A stretch of DNA of 64,000 nucleotides from sequence record OQ411014.1. One strand, 5' to 3'. Shown in pieces: positions 8,721-17,966 of the stretch. The position numbers and the translations under genes were made by a program. Below the pieces are notes generated by a model that saw only the letters and a program-made list of their open reading frames with translations, made no database searches and had not been told where the DNA came from. The stretch comes from Escherichia phage EJP2. Positions within the stretch are counted from its first letter, which is position 1, and each line of letters begins with the position of its first letter.

Positions 8721-9491
8721 ATGTTCAAAATATCATACTACTCACCTAAGTGTATAACTGAGCTTACACAGTCAGAGATTGATGGTATTGACTGGACTGA
8801 AATAGATCCACCAACAATGGATTCTATCCCAGAGGATTATCTACATCACGTCAAGAATCTTCCGATTCTCTTTGAAAAGAGAACACCTGGTACGGTCAGT
8901 GATGCGTGTCTTCGTAAGTTACTTCTCAAAAGCATGAAAGGACGTAGTACGTACTATCGTGATAGTATTTGTGAAAGTCTCTGTGACTGGGCTGGGCCAG
9001 AATTTAGTGCTAGAAATGTGACAATGTTTGCACGTTTCATGCGAACTGGACCAATGTGGAGAACTAAACTCTACCTTATGAAACATAACATCATTAGCCT
9101 AAATGTTTACAGAAGTACCAAATCATTGAGTTCTGCAAACATGGAAGAAGTGCTGAGTTCTGTACATGTCCCAGTGCAGGAAAAGTTTGAGTACTTACTG
9201 CATTCGAATTACATTTTCGACAAGTACAATATCATTGACGAATCGTGCTTATTCGTTCATAATAAGTATCTCATAGATTTGGGCCTACCACCAATAGTGG
9301 TTAACCCTAACTCCATGAACGAATATGAAGTACAAGAATGGAGTAATCTCGGATGTCTACAATGGGATGTTCTCCTTGATGCGTACCTTCGTGGAGAAAT
9401 CGCTCCAGAATATCTGTATGACATTCATATGATGTTCTTTGATGAAAATAGCATGAAAGATAGAACCTTCTATTTTCGTGATAATGAATAG
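8721..9491 (+). CDS. hypothetical protein
   Basis: 256-aa ORF. Confidence 0.6.
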   Translation: MFKISYYSPKCITELTQSEIDGIDWTEIDPPTMDSIPEDYLHHVKNLPILFEKRTPGTVSDACLRKLLLKSMKGRSTYYRDSICESLCDWAGPEFSARNVTMFARFMRTGPMWRTKLYLMKHNIISLNVYRSTKSLSSANMEEVLSSVHVPVQEKFEYLLHSNYIFDKYNIIDESCLFVHNKYLIDLGLPPIVVNPNSMNEYEVQEWSNLGCLQWDVLLDAYLRGEIAPEYLYDIHMMFFDENSMKDRTFYFRDNE

Positions 9492-9498
9492 AATAATA

Positions 9499-9526
9499 CA
9501 GTACAGAAACTTTTCTGTACTTTTTA
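9499..9526 (+). terminator. rho-independent terminator
   Basis: hairpin gtacag-N8-ctgtac followed by T5. Confidence 0.5.
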
Positions 9527-9537
9527 AGAAAAAAGAG

Positions 9538-9565
9538 TTGACACAGATTTCAGTACTGATATAAT
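9538..9565 (+). promoter_or_regulatory. sigma70-type promoter
   Basis: TTGACA-N16-TATAAT with AGTACTG in spacer. Confidence 0.65.
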
Positions 9566-9616
9566 TACTACATCAAGAACGAACTAACTAAAACACTCAA
9601 ACATAGGATTAAAAAT

Positions 9617-9775
9617 ATGCCATATCTTCTGATTATTATCATTTCTTTCGGTGCAGGTATCTACAGTGGTAAAGTGATGTTTGAAAAAGAAATCACTGCT
9701 GGTGCTTGTTTGGACAACAGTACTAAGTCCATCGGAGAGAAGTATGATGATATTATGAAAATCATCAAAGAATAA
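9617..9775 (+). CDS. hypothetical small membrane protein (52 aa)
   Basis: ATG downstream of promoter 9538-9565; hydrophobic N-terminus; not in ORF track; preferred over antisense ORF 9584-9790. Confidence 0.4.
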   Translation: MPYLLIIIISFGAGIYSGKVMFEKEITAGACLDNSTKSIGEKYDDIMKIIKE

Positions 9776-9802
9776 TTCTACACTATACAAAAGGAAACAA
9801 CT

Positions 9803-10126
9803 ATGAAAGCTCTACGTAACATTATCGCTTATGCAGTAATCTCTATGGGTATGACCTTTGCAGCACATGCAAACAGTTCTATCCTATGTGAATCGGAAAA
9901 TGGCAAACAGCACGTTATGAAACATAACAGTACTGTTATGACTGTTCACGGTGAAAACTTCAACTTTGAACAAACTGGCACTCTCAAGAGCGGTGCGGAT
10001 GTATTTGTTTACTGGAACCAAGAGCGTACTAAACTATTGGCGGTAACTTCTGCTGATAAGCAAACTATTGTTTATCAAATCATGGATAAGCGTCAACGTG
10101 TACTTGACATGGGTACTTGTAACTAA
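9803..10126 (+). CDS. putative secreted protein
   Basis: 107 aa; signal peptide MKALRNIIAYAVISMGMTFAAHA; RBS aaggaaa. Confidence 0.65.
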   Translation: MKALRNIIAYAVISMGMTFAAHANSSILCESENGKQHVMKHNSTVMTVHGENFNFEQTGTLKSGADVFVYWNQERTKLLAVTSADKQTIVYQIMDKRQRVLDMGTCN

Positions 10127-10186
10127 TATACTTTATGGGTGCATTAATATTGATGCACCTAAAACAACTAGCTCTGGAGTTTAGAT

Positions 10187-10492
10187 ATGATTGGTGTAAA
10201 TTGGAATATCATTGTATTATGTGTACCGTTGTTATTCATGACTATTGCAATGCTTGTCCGAATGTGGAAGCCCAGCATCACTGAAAAGGATATCGGATTC
10301 AATCCGCTGATTCAGCTACTCGACAATGTTTTATGTATGTGGGTAGTACTGGCATTCGTTTGGCTCTATGTATTCAATGAAGATTATCTAAACGCCAGAG
10401 CAGCACTGTATTCAATGATTGCACTTGGGTGGTTGTGGTTGACGTGCTTCACTATTCAAACTACAGTAAAGTTCTTTCAAAATAAGGGTTGA
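10187..10492 (+). CDS. hypothetical integral membrane protein
   Basis: 101 aa; three hydrophobic helices; stop codon inside terminator stem. Confidence 0.6.
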   Translation: MIGVNWNIIVLCVPLLFMTIAMLVRMWKPSITEKDIGFNPLIQLLDNVLCMWVVLAFVWLYVFNEDYLNARAALYSMIALGWLWLTCFTIQTTVKFFQNKG

Positions 10493-10511
10493 CTTCGGTC
10501 AACCTTTTTTG
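10485..10511 (+). terminator. rho-independent terminator (GGTTGAC-TTCG cassette family)
   Basis: agggttgac-ttcg-gtcaaccttttttg. Confidence 0.7.
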
Positions 10512-10557
10512 AGCCTAATTTTGGGAACTTGATCTAGATCAATGTACAGGAGTAGTA

Positions 10558-10884
10558 ATGAAAAAGATATTTTTCAGCACTTTAGTAGTACTGAGTTTGT
10601 TGTCTTTCAATGTTAGTGCTTTAGAGTGCATAGATGATGCCGATAATCATTACATCATTGAGCCAGGAGAAGAAGATTCAGTACTGATCAATAACACAGA
10701 GTTTTATAAACTCAATACGGAGGAATTCAAAGATACAGAGACAACCATTCATGATACTTGGTTACAGGATGAATCTGGAACCATTGCATTACTATCAGTA
10801 ATAACAACAAAGAAATCAAAAGAAGTTCAAACTAAACTGCACTTCGTCCAGGGAGATGAAATGTATAAGGGGATTTGTAAGTGA
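10558..10884 (+). CDS. putative secreted protein
   Basis: 108 aa; signal peptide MKKIFFSTLVVLSLLSFNVSA. Confidence 0.6.
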   Translation: MKKIFFSTLVVLSLLSFNVSALECIDDADNHYIIEPGEEDSVLINNTEFYKLNTEEFKDTETTIHDTWLQDESGTIALLSVITTKKSKEVQTKLHFVQGDEMYKGICK

Positions 10885-11186
10885 ATACAACACGCGTCAT
10901 AAACTATGTCATGGCAGACATGAAACAAGCGTACGAAGATGCATACGTACGTTACTTAGGGAAAGAGGAAGTTATTGCGACGCGAGTATACCTTGCATAT
11001 GAGATGAGTTGTTCTACACACCCTTCACTGAATAGCAAAGAAAACGCTAAGTTATTTCGTAAAGTAATTATTGACCACTACCGTAAAAACGGGTATCATA
11101 TCCCTAGTGTTATGAAACTCTTCATGAATGTGATTCCTTCTAAGTATTCAGTTCATGGGGACTACGAGCCATTAACCTTAGAGTGA
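10881..11186 (+). CDS. hypothetical protein
   Basis: 101 aa; 4-nt overlap with upstream gene. Confidence 0.6.
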   Translation: MNTTRVINYVMADMKQAYEDAYVRYLGKEEVIATRVYLAYEMSCSTHPSLNSKENAKLFRKVIIDHYRKNGYHIPSVMKLFMNVIPSKYSVHGDYEPLTLE

Positions 11187-11192
11187 TAAACC

Positions 11193-11525
11193 ATGCAACT
11201 AAGAGAAGTACCATTAGTCCTGCCAGTACTGGCAAATTGTGTAGTACTGTTGATATTTGTATACGCATTCTTTGAATGTTTGTGTCACTTATATGTAACA
11301 GGAAGATACAGAAACAAGTTCTTTGAGTACTCAAGAGTAGACGTAATTGCTTCAACATATTGTACGTTACTGTCGAGTACTTTGGTATGTGCTTTCTGTG
11401 TTTATATATTACCGGACACATATTTCGCATTGACTATGTGGGCTATGATATCTAATGGTGCTGCTTTGATGTACCTGATATACATCGTGGACTACTGGAA
11501 TCTAAAAAGAACTAAACGTATATGA
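11193..11525 (+). CDS. hypothetical integral membrane protein
   Basis: 110 aa; hydrophobic helices. Confidence 0.55.
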   Translation: MQLREVPLVLPVLANCVVLLIFVYAFFECLCHLYVTGRYRNKFFEYSRVDVIASTYCTLLSSTLVCAFCVYILPDTYFALTMWAMISNGAALMYLIYIVDYWNLKRTKRI

Positions 11526-11647
11526 TTTTATTCTTTATTTTATGTAGTACTGTAGTGTATACTCTCTTCGCTCCAAAGAAATCTACTATACAGATCTTGA
11601 GCGAAGAGATTAATAAATCCAAATCTAAATCCAATAAGGAGAAGTAA

Positions 11648-11899
11648 ATGTCACTACTTGCTTTTGTAGTACAAATGCTCATTGCAGTTTTAGTCGTACT
11701 TCCAGTACTGATCGCGTTATTCCGTGCTAAACAGGGTGTGTTCTTCGCAACAATGGGCTTGACATTTGTTATCCCAGTTGGACACCAAATCATCTTTGGT
11801 TCTTACGCAAACATGAGCAATACTGTACTAATTGTATATGGTGTATGTTATGTTACAGCACTAGCCCTCGCAATCTTCACTGAAGCAGATAAAGGATAA
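11648..11899 (+). CDS. hypothetical integral membrane protein
   Basis: 83 aa; two or three hydrophobic helices; RBS aaggagaag. Confidence 0.55.
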   Translation: MSLLAFVVQMLIAVLVVLPVLIALFRAKQGVFFATMGLTFVIPVGHQIIFGSYANMSNTVLIVYGVCYVTALALAIFTEADKG

Positions 11900-11903
11900 G
11901 AAC

Positions 11904-12407
11904 ATGCAACTAGAAAATTGGTTAGGATGGACTATCGTAGTAATATGTGTAGTACTGATGTATGCCCCACTAGTGCTGGTATTCGTCAAAACTAAAACAA
12001 TCTCAATGCTGCTTCTGTCAATGGCAATCATTGCTGGTGCAGTAGGTGCACTCTTCGGTCAAGCATCTCCTAAAATCAGTGCAGTATTGATGGTAATGAT
12101 TTGGGTAGTGATGTTGTTCGTTTCTCTCAAACTCATTTGGGCTGAGAAGGCTCCAATGTTTGAAGCTGATGAAAAGGGTAAGCGATGGTTCCTGTACTGC
12201 TTGAGTCATGATTTACGTGTACGCATTACTGACGGAAAGATTGAGTACTATCTAGGTGAAGTAGTAACGCTTGACGAAATTCTAAAAGTGTATAAACTAT
12301 CAGAACAGAATCATAATGCATTACTTGACCAGATTGAAGCTGAAGAGTTCGCAGAACATCGTGAACAAATCAAGAAGGACTTAGCTGATTTGCGTTGTGC
12401 AAACTAA
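11904..12407 (+). CDS. hypothetical membrane-anchored protein
   Basis: 167 aa; N-terminal hydrophobic helices, charged C-terminal half. Confidence 0.6.
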   Translation: MQLENWLGWTIVVICVVLMYAPLVLVFVKTKTISMLLLSMAIIAGAVGALFGQASPKISAVLMVMIWVVMLFVSLKLIWAEKAPMFEADEKGKRWFLYCLSHDLRVRITDGKIEYYLGEVVTLDEILKVYKLSEQNHNALLDQIEAEEFAEHREQIKKDLADLRCAN

Positions 12408-12413
12408 ACACTA

Positions 12414-12437
12414 GGGAACCGATGGGTTCCCTTTATT
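12414..12437 (+). terminator. rho-independent terminator
   Basis: gggaacc-gatg-ggttccc followed by tttatt. Confidence 0.65.
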
Positions 12438-12461
12438 AATCCAACACACATAGAGAACAAA

Positions 12462-12761
12462 ATGAATTACATCTTATCTGTCATCTTCTTCAGTACTCTA
12501 ATTGCGTATTCAGTCAATTCTTATAAAGAGAACATTGCACCAGATATGTATGAGTGTACAATAAATGTACAGTACGATACAGTACTGAAGACTAAGAAAG
12601 ATACGTTCACATCCACACGTCTGAACGAGATTGTAGACCACGGTGGTGCAATGCTGGGTGTTCATGTAGAAGATATGAAAGAAGATTCAGATTCATATAA
12701 AGGTGTAGTACTGAAATATGAAGACGTAGTTGGTGGTAGTGTAGTGTGTAACAGAATATAA
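12462..12761 (+). CDS. putative secreted protein
   Basis: 99 aa; signal-like N-terminus. Confidence 0.55.
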   Translation: MNYILSVIFFSTLIAYSVNSYKENIAPDMYECTINVQYDTVLKTKKDTFTSTRLNEIVDHGGAMLGVHVEDMKEDSDSYKGVVLKYEDVVGGSVVCNRI

Positions 12762-12776
12762 AAAGAGGTACGAGTG

Positions 12777-12950
12777 ATGAAAAAATGTACACTTTATGTA
12801 TTGGCTTTTAGTATCTTTGCTGTACTGACATATTTTTCATTTTCTATCAAAGAAAGTTCTTCCCTTTGGGTATTCGTTGTGTTAGAATTCTTTTCGTTGG
12901 CAGTGACAATGTTGTTCATCGAACTATATTGTCGTTACATTAAAACTTAA
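12777..12950 (+). CDS. hypothetical small membrane protein (57 aa)
   Basis: ATG after RBS aagagg; two hydrophobic helices; not in ORF track. Confidence 0.35.
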   Translation: MKKCTLYVLAFSIFAVLTYFSFSIKESSSLWVFVVLEFFSLAVTMLFIELYCRYIKT

Positions 12951-12964
12951 ATGAGATACTAACC

Positions 12965-13600
12965 ATGACTAAACAAGATATTTTCAAAACTGTAATCAAT
13001 GCTCTTCGGTCTGAAGAAGTTCGTTGTATGATGGAATACAACATCAATAAAGCCACTGACGCTATCGTTCCTGTTATTGAAGCTGCTGGCCTGGTGTTCG
13101 TTGGTATTGGTATGTATTCTGTCGTTGTGGAGCATCCTAAGTACCCTGGACGTGTGTTTAAGGTTAGTACTTCACGTTGGGATGGTTTCCGTGAGTACGC
13201 TAAGTACTGCAAAGATAACAGCAACAAACCATTTGTACCTGCTATCTATAGTGCTGAAGTTAAAGGTAACTTCGCATGGTATGAGATGGACAAATACTTC
13301 TCAATCATGAAGGCTGATGAATCTGATTTCGTAAGCAACAAAGCAGATGAAATGTATTCCTTTGCTAATGCTGGTCAGTACGGTTCATCTCTTCGTGAAG
13401 AGATGGATGTACAACAGGATCGTATGGATATCTACAACTTCGCTAAGGAGTTAGAAAGTGCATACGGTTCGCGTTTCACGCTGGACATTCACACTGGCAA
13501 TATCATGATGGATGTATTCGGTAACTTCTTTATCACTGACCCACTTGCTGGTGATTTACGCCGCGAGATTCCAGTACTGGAAGAAGATCCAGTATTCTAA
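12965..13600 (+). CDS. hypothetical protein with protein-kinase-like motifs
   Basis: 211 aa; Gly-loop-like GIGMYSV, Lys in VFKV ~15 aa later, catalytic-loop-like DIHTGNIMMD, DFG-like ITDP; unverified. Confidence 0.55.
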   Translation: MTKQDIFKTVINALRSEEVRCMMEYNINKATDAIVPVIEAAGLVFVGIGMYSVVVEHPKYPGRVFKVSTSRWDGFREYAKYCKDNSNKPFVPAIYSAEVKGNFAWYEMDKYFSIMKADESDFVSNKADEMYSFANAGQYGSSLREEMDVQQDRMDIYNFAKELESAYGSRFTLDIHTGNIMMDVFGNFFITDPLAGDLRREIPVLEEDPVF

Positions 13601-13609
13601 GGAGATATA

Positions 13610-13903
13610 ATGAAAGGTGCATTATTAGTAATTTTTGGAATGATTTTGATTTATTTTAGTGTTGACAAGTACACACAAAAGTCTGTACAATCAGTACCAG
13701 AAGCCCAAGAGACTTCACCAGTTCAGGAGCCACCAGCACCGGAACCTAAGTCCCAAGAGCAAGTACAAAACGAATACTACGCACATCACGTGTATCGTTT
13801 TAAAGATGACAAGTACAAAGTTATTTGCTGGCGTATCATGAATATGAACCATGCAGGTTTATCTTGTCTCCCTGAACATTTGGTAAACGAAAGGACCGAA
13901 TAA
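13610..13903 (+). CDS. hypothetical membrane-anchored, Pro/Gln-rich protein
   Basis: 97 aa; N-terminal TM helix then PEAQETSPVQEPPAPEP. Confidence 0.55.
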   Translation: MKGALLVIFGMILIYFSVDKYTQKSVQSVPEAQETSPVQEPPAPEPKSQEQVQNEYYAHHVYRFKDDKYKVICWRIMNMNHAGLSCLPEHLVNERTE

Positions 13904-14235
13904 TGAATATCATTTATCCTAACACAAGCACCAATTTTGATGACGTTGTAAGTGTTCTGAACAATAACAGTACTGTAACAATTCAGTTTCAGTTATCACC
14001 AAGTACTGGTCTTCTTGTGAAGAAAGAAGTATCCAAATACGTTGGCTATGAAAACCAAACTGTAATTGAAGTTTCGTTCTATGAAGATGATGCATCTGTG
14101 TTCGGTCGCATGTCATCTGGTACTGAAATTCATGCAGCAGATGAAGCACTATTAGTAGTGCGTGCACTAAAGGAACGCTTGGCTTCAACGTCACCAAGCG
14201 ATGTCAGTTCTATCTCTCTAGCTCGCGTGTGGTAA
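13903..14235 (+). CDS. hypothetical protein
   Basis: 110 aa; TAATG coupling. Confidence 0.55.
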   Translation: MNIIYPNTSTNFDDVVSVLNNNSTVTIQFQLSPSTGLLVKKEVSKYVGYENQTVIEVSFYEDDASVFGRMSSGTEIHAADEALLVVRALKERLASTSPSDVSSISLARVW

Positions 14236-14543
14236 ACGAAATGAAACAGGTTATTATTGCAACGTTTGTATTTTTACTATTCACTCCAGTAACTTATGCT
14301 GGTATCAATCTGGATTGTGTACTCACTAATTCATCTGGTGCAAAGATGCAGATCAATACCAGACAGACCTTTGGTGAATCTTATATTGAGTCAGATGCTT
14401 ATATCAACTTCAAAGCAGTGGACTTTGTTGAAGGCTCGTTCATCAACTCCAACATGGTACTGGATAAGATTACTCTCAAGGGAGTGTTCAGTACTCAAAA
14501 GGATAACGGTAAAACCCATCACGCAATGGTAGATTGTAACTAA
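14229..14543 (+). CDS. putative secreted protein
   Basis: 104 aa; signal peptide ...FTPVTYA. Confidence 0.55.
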   Translation: MVNEMKQVIIATFVFLLFTPVTYAGINLDCVLTNSSGAKMQINTRQTFGESYIESDAYINFKAVDFVEGSFINSNMVLDKITLKGVFSTQKDNGKTHHAMVDCN

Positions 14544-14638
14544 GAGGAAAGCTAAGTTATGACGTACTTATCTATTGCAGTTGTTGTATTTTTAGTTTTA
14601 GTCGTTTGTGCATTTGGGTATCTCATGACTAAAGGTGA

Positions 14639-14833
14639 TTGAATGTGAAATACATATTAGTCCTACTAGTATTATTCACTACATGCACAAATGCTAGTGC
14701 ATTGAAGGAGCAGAAATTCTTTGTATCCTTCTTTGCACCAGTACAAACGAAGCACATTAAATGGACGTATAATTCAAATCTACTAGAGTTGAATGAGCAC
14801 AGGATTGGATTCGTTATCAATTACGTGTGGTGA
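14639..14833 (+). CDS. putative secreted small protein
   Basis: 64 aa; signal-like N-terminus. Confidence 0.45.
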   Translation: MNVKYILVLLVLFTTCTNASALKEQKFFVSFFAPVQTKHIKWTYNSNLLELNEHRIGFVINYVW

Positions 14834-14856
14834 ATAACAATTCAGTACTGAAGAAT

Positions 14857-14882
14857 GGGTTGACTTAGGTCAGCCCTTTTGT
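14857..14882 (+). terminator. rho-independent terminator with embedded promoter elements (cassette family)
   Basis: gggttgac-ttag-gtcagccc + T-run; TTGACT then ttataaat 17-18 nt downstream. Confidence 0.65.
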
Positions 14883-14935
14883 TATAAATAACGGTATAGA
14901 AAAACACTATATGAAATCTATGGAGAGAAATCAAA

Positions 14936-16456
14936 ATGCCAAATGATATGAAACACAAGAATGGTGCATTAGTACAACACTCTGACAAATGGAGTGAAGC
15001 TAATCGTCGTAAGAATTCACACAACGCAGGCCAAGGATCTCGTGGCTCTCGCAATCAGGGGACTGGTGAAGCTGGTAAAGCTAATACAGTTGCTTCTGGT
15101 GGTATGGACACTTCCAATATGTCTCAACATGAGAAACTAAAGTACTTCAACAGTTTAGGACTCCTAAACCCTACACAGAAGAAGCAATTACAAGACATGG
15201 ACGCTGCTGCATCTGCACCAAAAGAACAGCCACAGCAAGCTCCTAAAGCTGCTCCTGCTGGTAATCCTGTCAAAGAGCTATCTGATAACTTAGGTCGTAT
15301 CTTTGCACAGAAGCCTAATCTAATTCAAGGTATTGTAAAAGAACTACAAGCAGTACCGAAGGAAGAGCTAAAGAGTAAAGCACAAGCTGTACTTGATGCT
15401 ATGAAAGGCAATCGCAGTACTGAACCAACCGAAGTATTCAGTACTATCATGCGTGCACTTCAAGCTAAACCACAAGCTGCTCCAGCACAGAAAGCACCTA
15501 AGATGGACAGTGCACAGGACATGTCAGATTTGTTTGGTAAAGTTGGTGCTGAAGGTAAGAACAACGCACAACAAGTCAAGAACGTCCAAGCTAAGATTAT
15601 TGATCGTTTAGGTGATAATCAAGACAAGACTAAGCGGGCATTTGACGCATTGAACAAAGCACTTGAATCTTATGTTCCTGGTGAGAAAGACAAGTTCCAG
15701 ACCATCATGAACGCAGTCTTTGGTGAAATGAAGAAGTACGAAGCAGAGCACGGTGAGAAGGTATCATCTGATGGCTATATGATTCGTAAAGACGAAGAAG
15801 GTGCAGTAGACCAGAAAGATGCTCCTAAAGAGCAAGAAGACCTACCTGATACAGTTGATATGGATGGTTACATTTCTCGTCCAGATGAATATGACTTCGG
15901 TTCAGACAAAGAAGGTTATGAGTATGCTATGGACATTTATCGTTTCCTAGCTAAGAACTATGATTATGCTAACAAGTACGTAGATCAGTTTGTCAGTGCT
16001 TGGGATAATTACAAAGATAAAGGTTATGACTTCCCTGCGGAAGCTGCATTCTTTGAGTTAGGTAAACTACTCCAGAAAGATGGTGTAGAGATTGGCTCGA
16101 AAGAAGATACTTCTAGTCTAGATGCAGAATTGGCAAAAGACCGTCAAATGACACCAGGTTCTAAAGCTGAATTGAATAAGCTCCTATCATGGATTGTTGA
16201 CATTGGTAAAAATGCTGGTAAAGATAACAAGAGTATCAACCGCAGTATTTCTTGGATCAATAATAAAATTGATAACAACGGGCGTAAGCTACAGAAAGCA
16301 TGGAGTGATTTAGTCAATGGTGCAGATGAGATCGATATTGATTCTCCTGAAGCATATGAGTATGCGATGACGACTCTAGACAATTCCTTCCAGGACTATG
16401 AAAATGGTAATCTAACTGCTAGTGAACAAGACATCATGCGTTCACACGGAAAATAA
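14936..16456 (+). CDS. hypothetical protein, low-complexity Lys/Ala/Gln-rich
   Basis: 506 aa, largest plus-strand ORF; repetitive PKxxxxAPA segments; acidic C-terminal part; RBS gagag. Confidence 0.65.
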   Translation: MPNDMKHKNGALVQHSDKWSEANRRKNSHNAGQGSRGSRNQGTGEAGKANTVASGGMDTSNMSQHEKLKYFNSLGLLNPTQKKQLQDMDAAASAPKEQPQQAPKAAPAGNPVKELSDNLGRIFAQKPNLIQGIVKELQAVPKEELKSKAQAVLDAMKGNRSTEPTEVFSTIMRALQAKPQAAPAQKAPKMDSAQDMSDLFGKVGAEGKNNAQQVKNVQAKIIDRLGDNQDKTKRAFDALNKALESYVPGEKDKFQTIMNAVFGEMKKYEAEHGEKVSSDGYMIRKDEEGAVDQKDAPKEQEDLPDTVDMDGYISRPDEYDFGSDKEGYEYAMDIYRFLAKNYDYANKYVDQFVSAWDNYKDKGYDFPAEAAFFELGKLLQKDGVEIGSKEDTSSLDAELAKDRQMTPGSKAELNKLLSWIVDIGKNAGKDNKSINRSISWINNKIDNNGRKLQKAWSDLVNGADEIDIDSPEAYEYAMTTLDNSFQDYENGNLTASEQDIMRSHGK

Positions 16457-16466
16457 GTAAAAATAA

Positions 16467-16491
16467 GGGTTGACATATGTCATCCCTTTTT
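16467..16491 (+). terminator. rho-independent terminator (cassette variant)
   Basis: gggttgaca-tatg-tcatccc followed by T5. Confidence 0.6.
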
Positions 16492-16535
16492 GTATCCTAT
16501 CAGTACTGAATTAATCCCAACTAAGGTGACAAAAC

Positions 16536-16856
16536 ATGGAACTCAAACAATACGACGCAGCAATCGAATTTATGGGTTATACTGAAGAGTACCCAAATGA
16601 CTTCATCTATAAGCACGATGTAGGGCGTGATCATTCAATTTATTTCATTCAGCATAAACAAACTGGTGTACGCATTGGTGTGAATGATACATATTCTGTA
16701 GCGAAGAACTTTTCTTCCTTCAATCATGTAAATTCAACTGTAGCAAAGAATGTTGTTGACACAGTACGCAAATTCATAGAGAATGAACGTCATCAGGAAT
16801 CAGTTTCCTCCGACAACGCAAGCCTTATGAAAGTGTTTGCTCACTATAAACTCTAA
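16536..16856 (+). CDS. hypothetical protein
   Basis: 106 aa; RBS aaggtga. Confidence 0.6.
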   Translation: MELKQYDAAIEFMGYTEEYPNDFIYKHDVGRDHSIYFIQHKQTGVRIGVNDTYSVAKNFSSFNHVNSTVAKNVVDTVRKFIENERHQESVSSDNASLMKVFAHYKL

Positions 16857-17170
16857 TGCTGAGACTAATCATGACTAATCCACAATCTGATTTTGATATT
16901 GAAGTGTATGTAGGTTCTAATGTGTACCCTGAAATCTTGTCAGATGTACAGGAACTGAAAGGTACAAGTTCAGTACTGCACTTTGAAGAACTTTGCGTGA
17001 AGTACGGTTCTATGGGTGATAAAGAGTTTATTGCATTCTACATGGAAGCGAGAAACTTGAAGTTTTTAGATGGTTCATATTTCAAAGTACAAGAAACAGT
17101 CGCAGCAGACTATTCAAAGAAATATGAAAGTTCAATCATTGACTTGTATAAAAAGTACGGAATCTTATAA
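16856..17170 (+). CDS. hypothetical protein
   Basis: 104 aa; TAATG coupling; alternative ATG at 16871. Confidence 0.5.
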   Translation: MLRLIMTNPQSDFDIEVYVGSNVYPEILSDVQELKGTSSVLHFEELCVKYGSMGDKEFIAFYMEARNLKFLDGSYFKVQETVAADYSKKYESSIIDLYKKYGIL

Positions 17171-17179
17171 GGAACTCCA

Positions 17180-17557
17180 ATGCGTGTATCATATAAAGTA
17201 ACTGAATTCAACAAAGATTTGTTAGTACGTTCTATGTTTGAAGATGCGAAATCATTCAAGTACTTCAAAATTGGATTAGATGCGTGTATTGAGATTCAGA
17301 AGTTGATAGATGCTGGATATATCATCATGGATAATGGTGAACCTATTCCACGGCATTATGAGTTCAAGATTGCATTTGACTCATTCGATTCAGTGCTTAG
17401 TATGCCGCGACTGGGACCAGATGGGGTTATGTGGTTAGGTTCAACTATGGGTAACATTGAAGATACTGTGTTTGTGTATAAGAAAGAACTCAACGAAGCA
17501 TTTGGTAAACTTTCTTACATCAAGCCAGAAGACCAATGTAAACTGAAATTTATTTGA
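17180..17557 (+). CDS. hypothetical protein
   Basis: 125 aa; RBS aaggaa. Confidence 0.6.
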   Translation: MRVSYKVTEFNKDLLVRSMFEDAKSFKYFKIGLDACIEIQKLIDAGYIIMDNGEPIPRHYEFKIAFDSFDSVLSMPRLGPDGVMWLGSTMGNIEDTVFVYKKELNEAFGKLSYIKPEDQCKLKFI

Positions 17558-17564
17558 GGTATGT

Positions 17565-17897
17565 ATGTTAGTATATAATTACTTCAGTTTTATAATCTTC
17601 ATGATGTTTTCGCTTTATATCATCATGGGTAACGTTGCGTGTTTCTTGAAGCATTATAAACTCGCAAACAGATGGTTTATGATGACAAATCCTTGCTTCC
17701 CGAATTTCTGTGCATTTATATCTGGGATTTTAGTACTGGTAGATTTGTTCTTGGGTATCTCATCGGAACAACCATGCTTCTCTGCGGTAGCGATGACATT
17801 TTTGCTCGTTGCAACAGTCCTGGGTATTGTGTTTATCATCTGTACAGTACTGATAGAGTTGATTAGTGATTGGCGACGAAAGTGGCCTGAACAATAA
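17565..17897 (+). CDS. hypothetical integral membrane protein
   Basis: 110 aa; hydrophobic helices. Confidence 0.55.
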   Translation: MLVYNYFSFIIFMMFSLYIIMGNVACFLKHYKLANRWFMMTNPCFPNFCAFISGILVLVDLFLGISSEQPCFSAVAMTFLLVATVLGIVFIICTVLIELISDWRRKWPEQ

Positions 17898-17907
17898 CAT
17901 CATAAAA

Positions 17908-17932
17908 GGGTTGACTTCGGTCAGCCCTTTCT
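17908..17932 (+). terminator. rho-independent terminator with embedded promoter elements (cassette family)
   Basis: gggttgac-ttcg-gtcagccc + tttct; TTGACT ... TATTAT downstream. Confidence 0.65.
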
Positions 17933-17966
17933 GTATTATACATACATCAACTGAGAGGATAATTAA

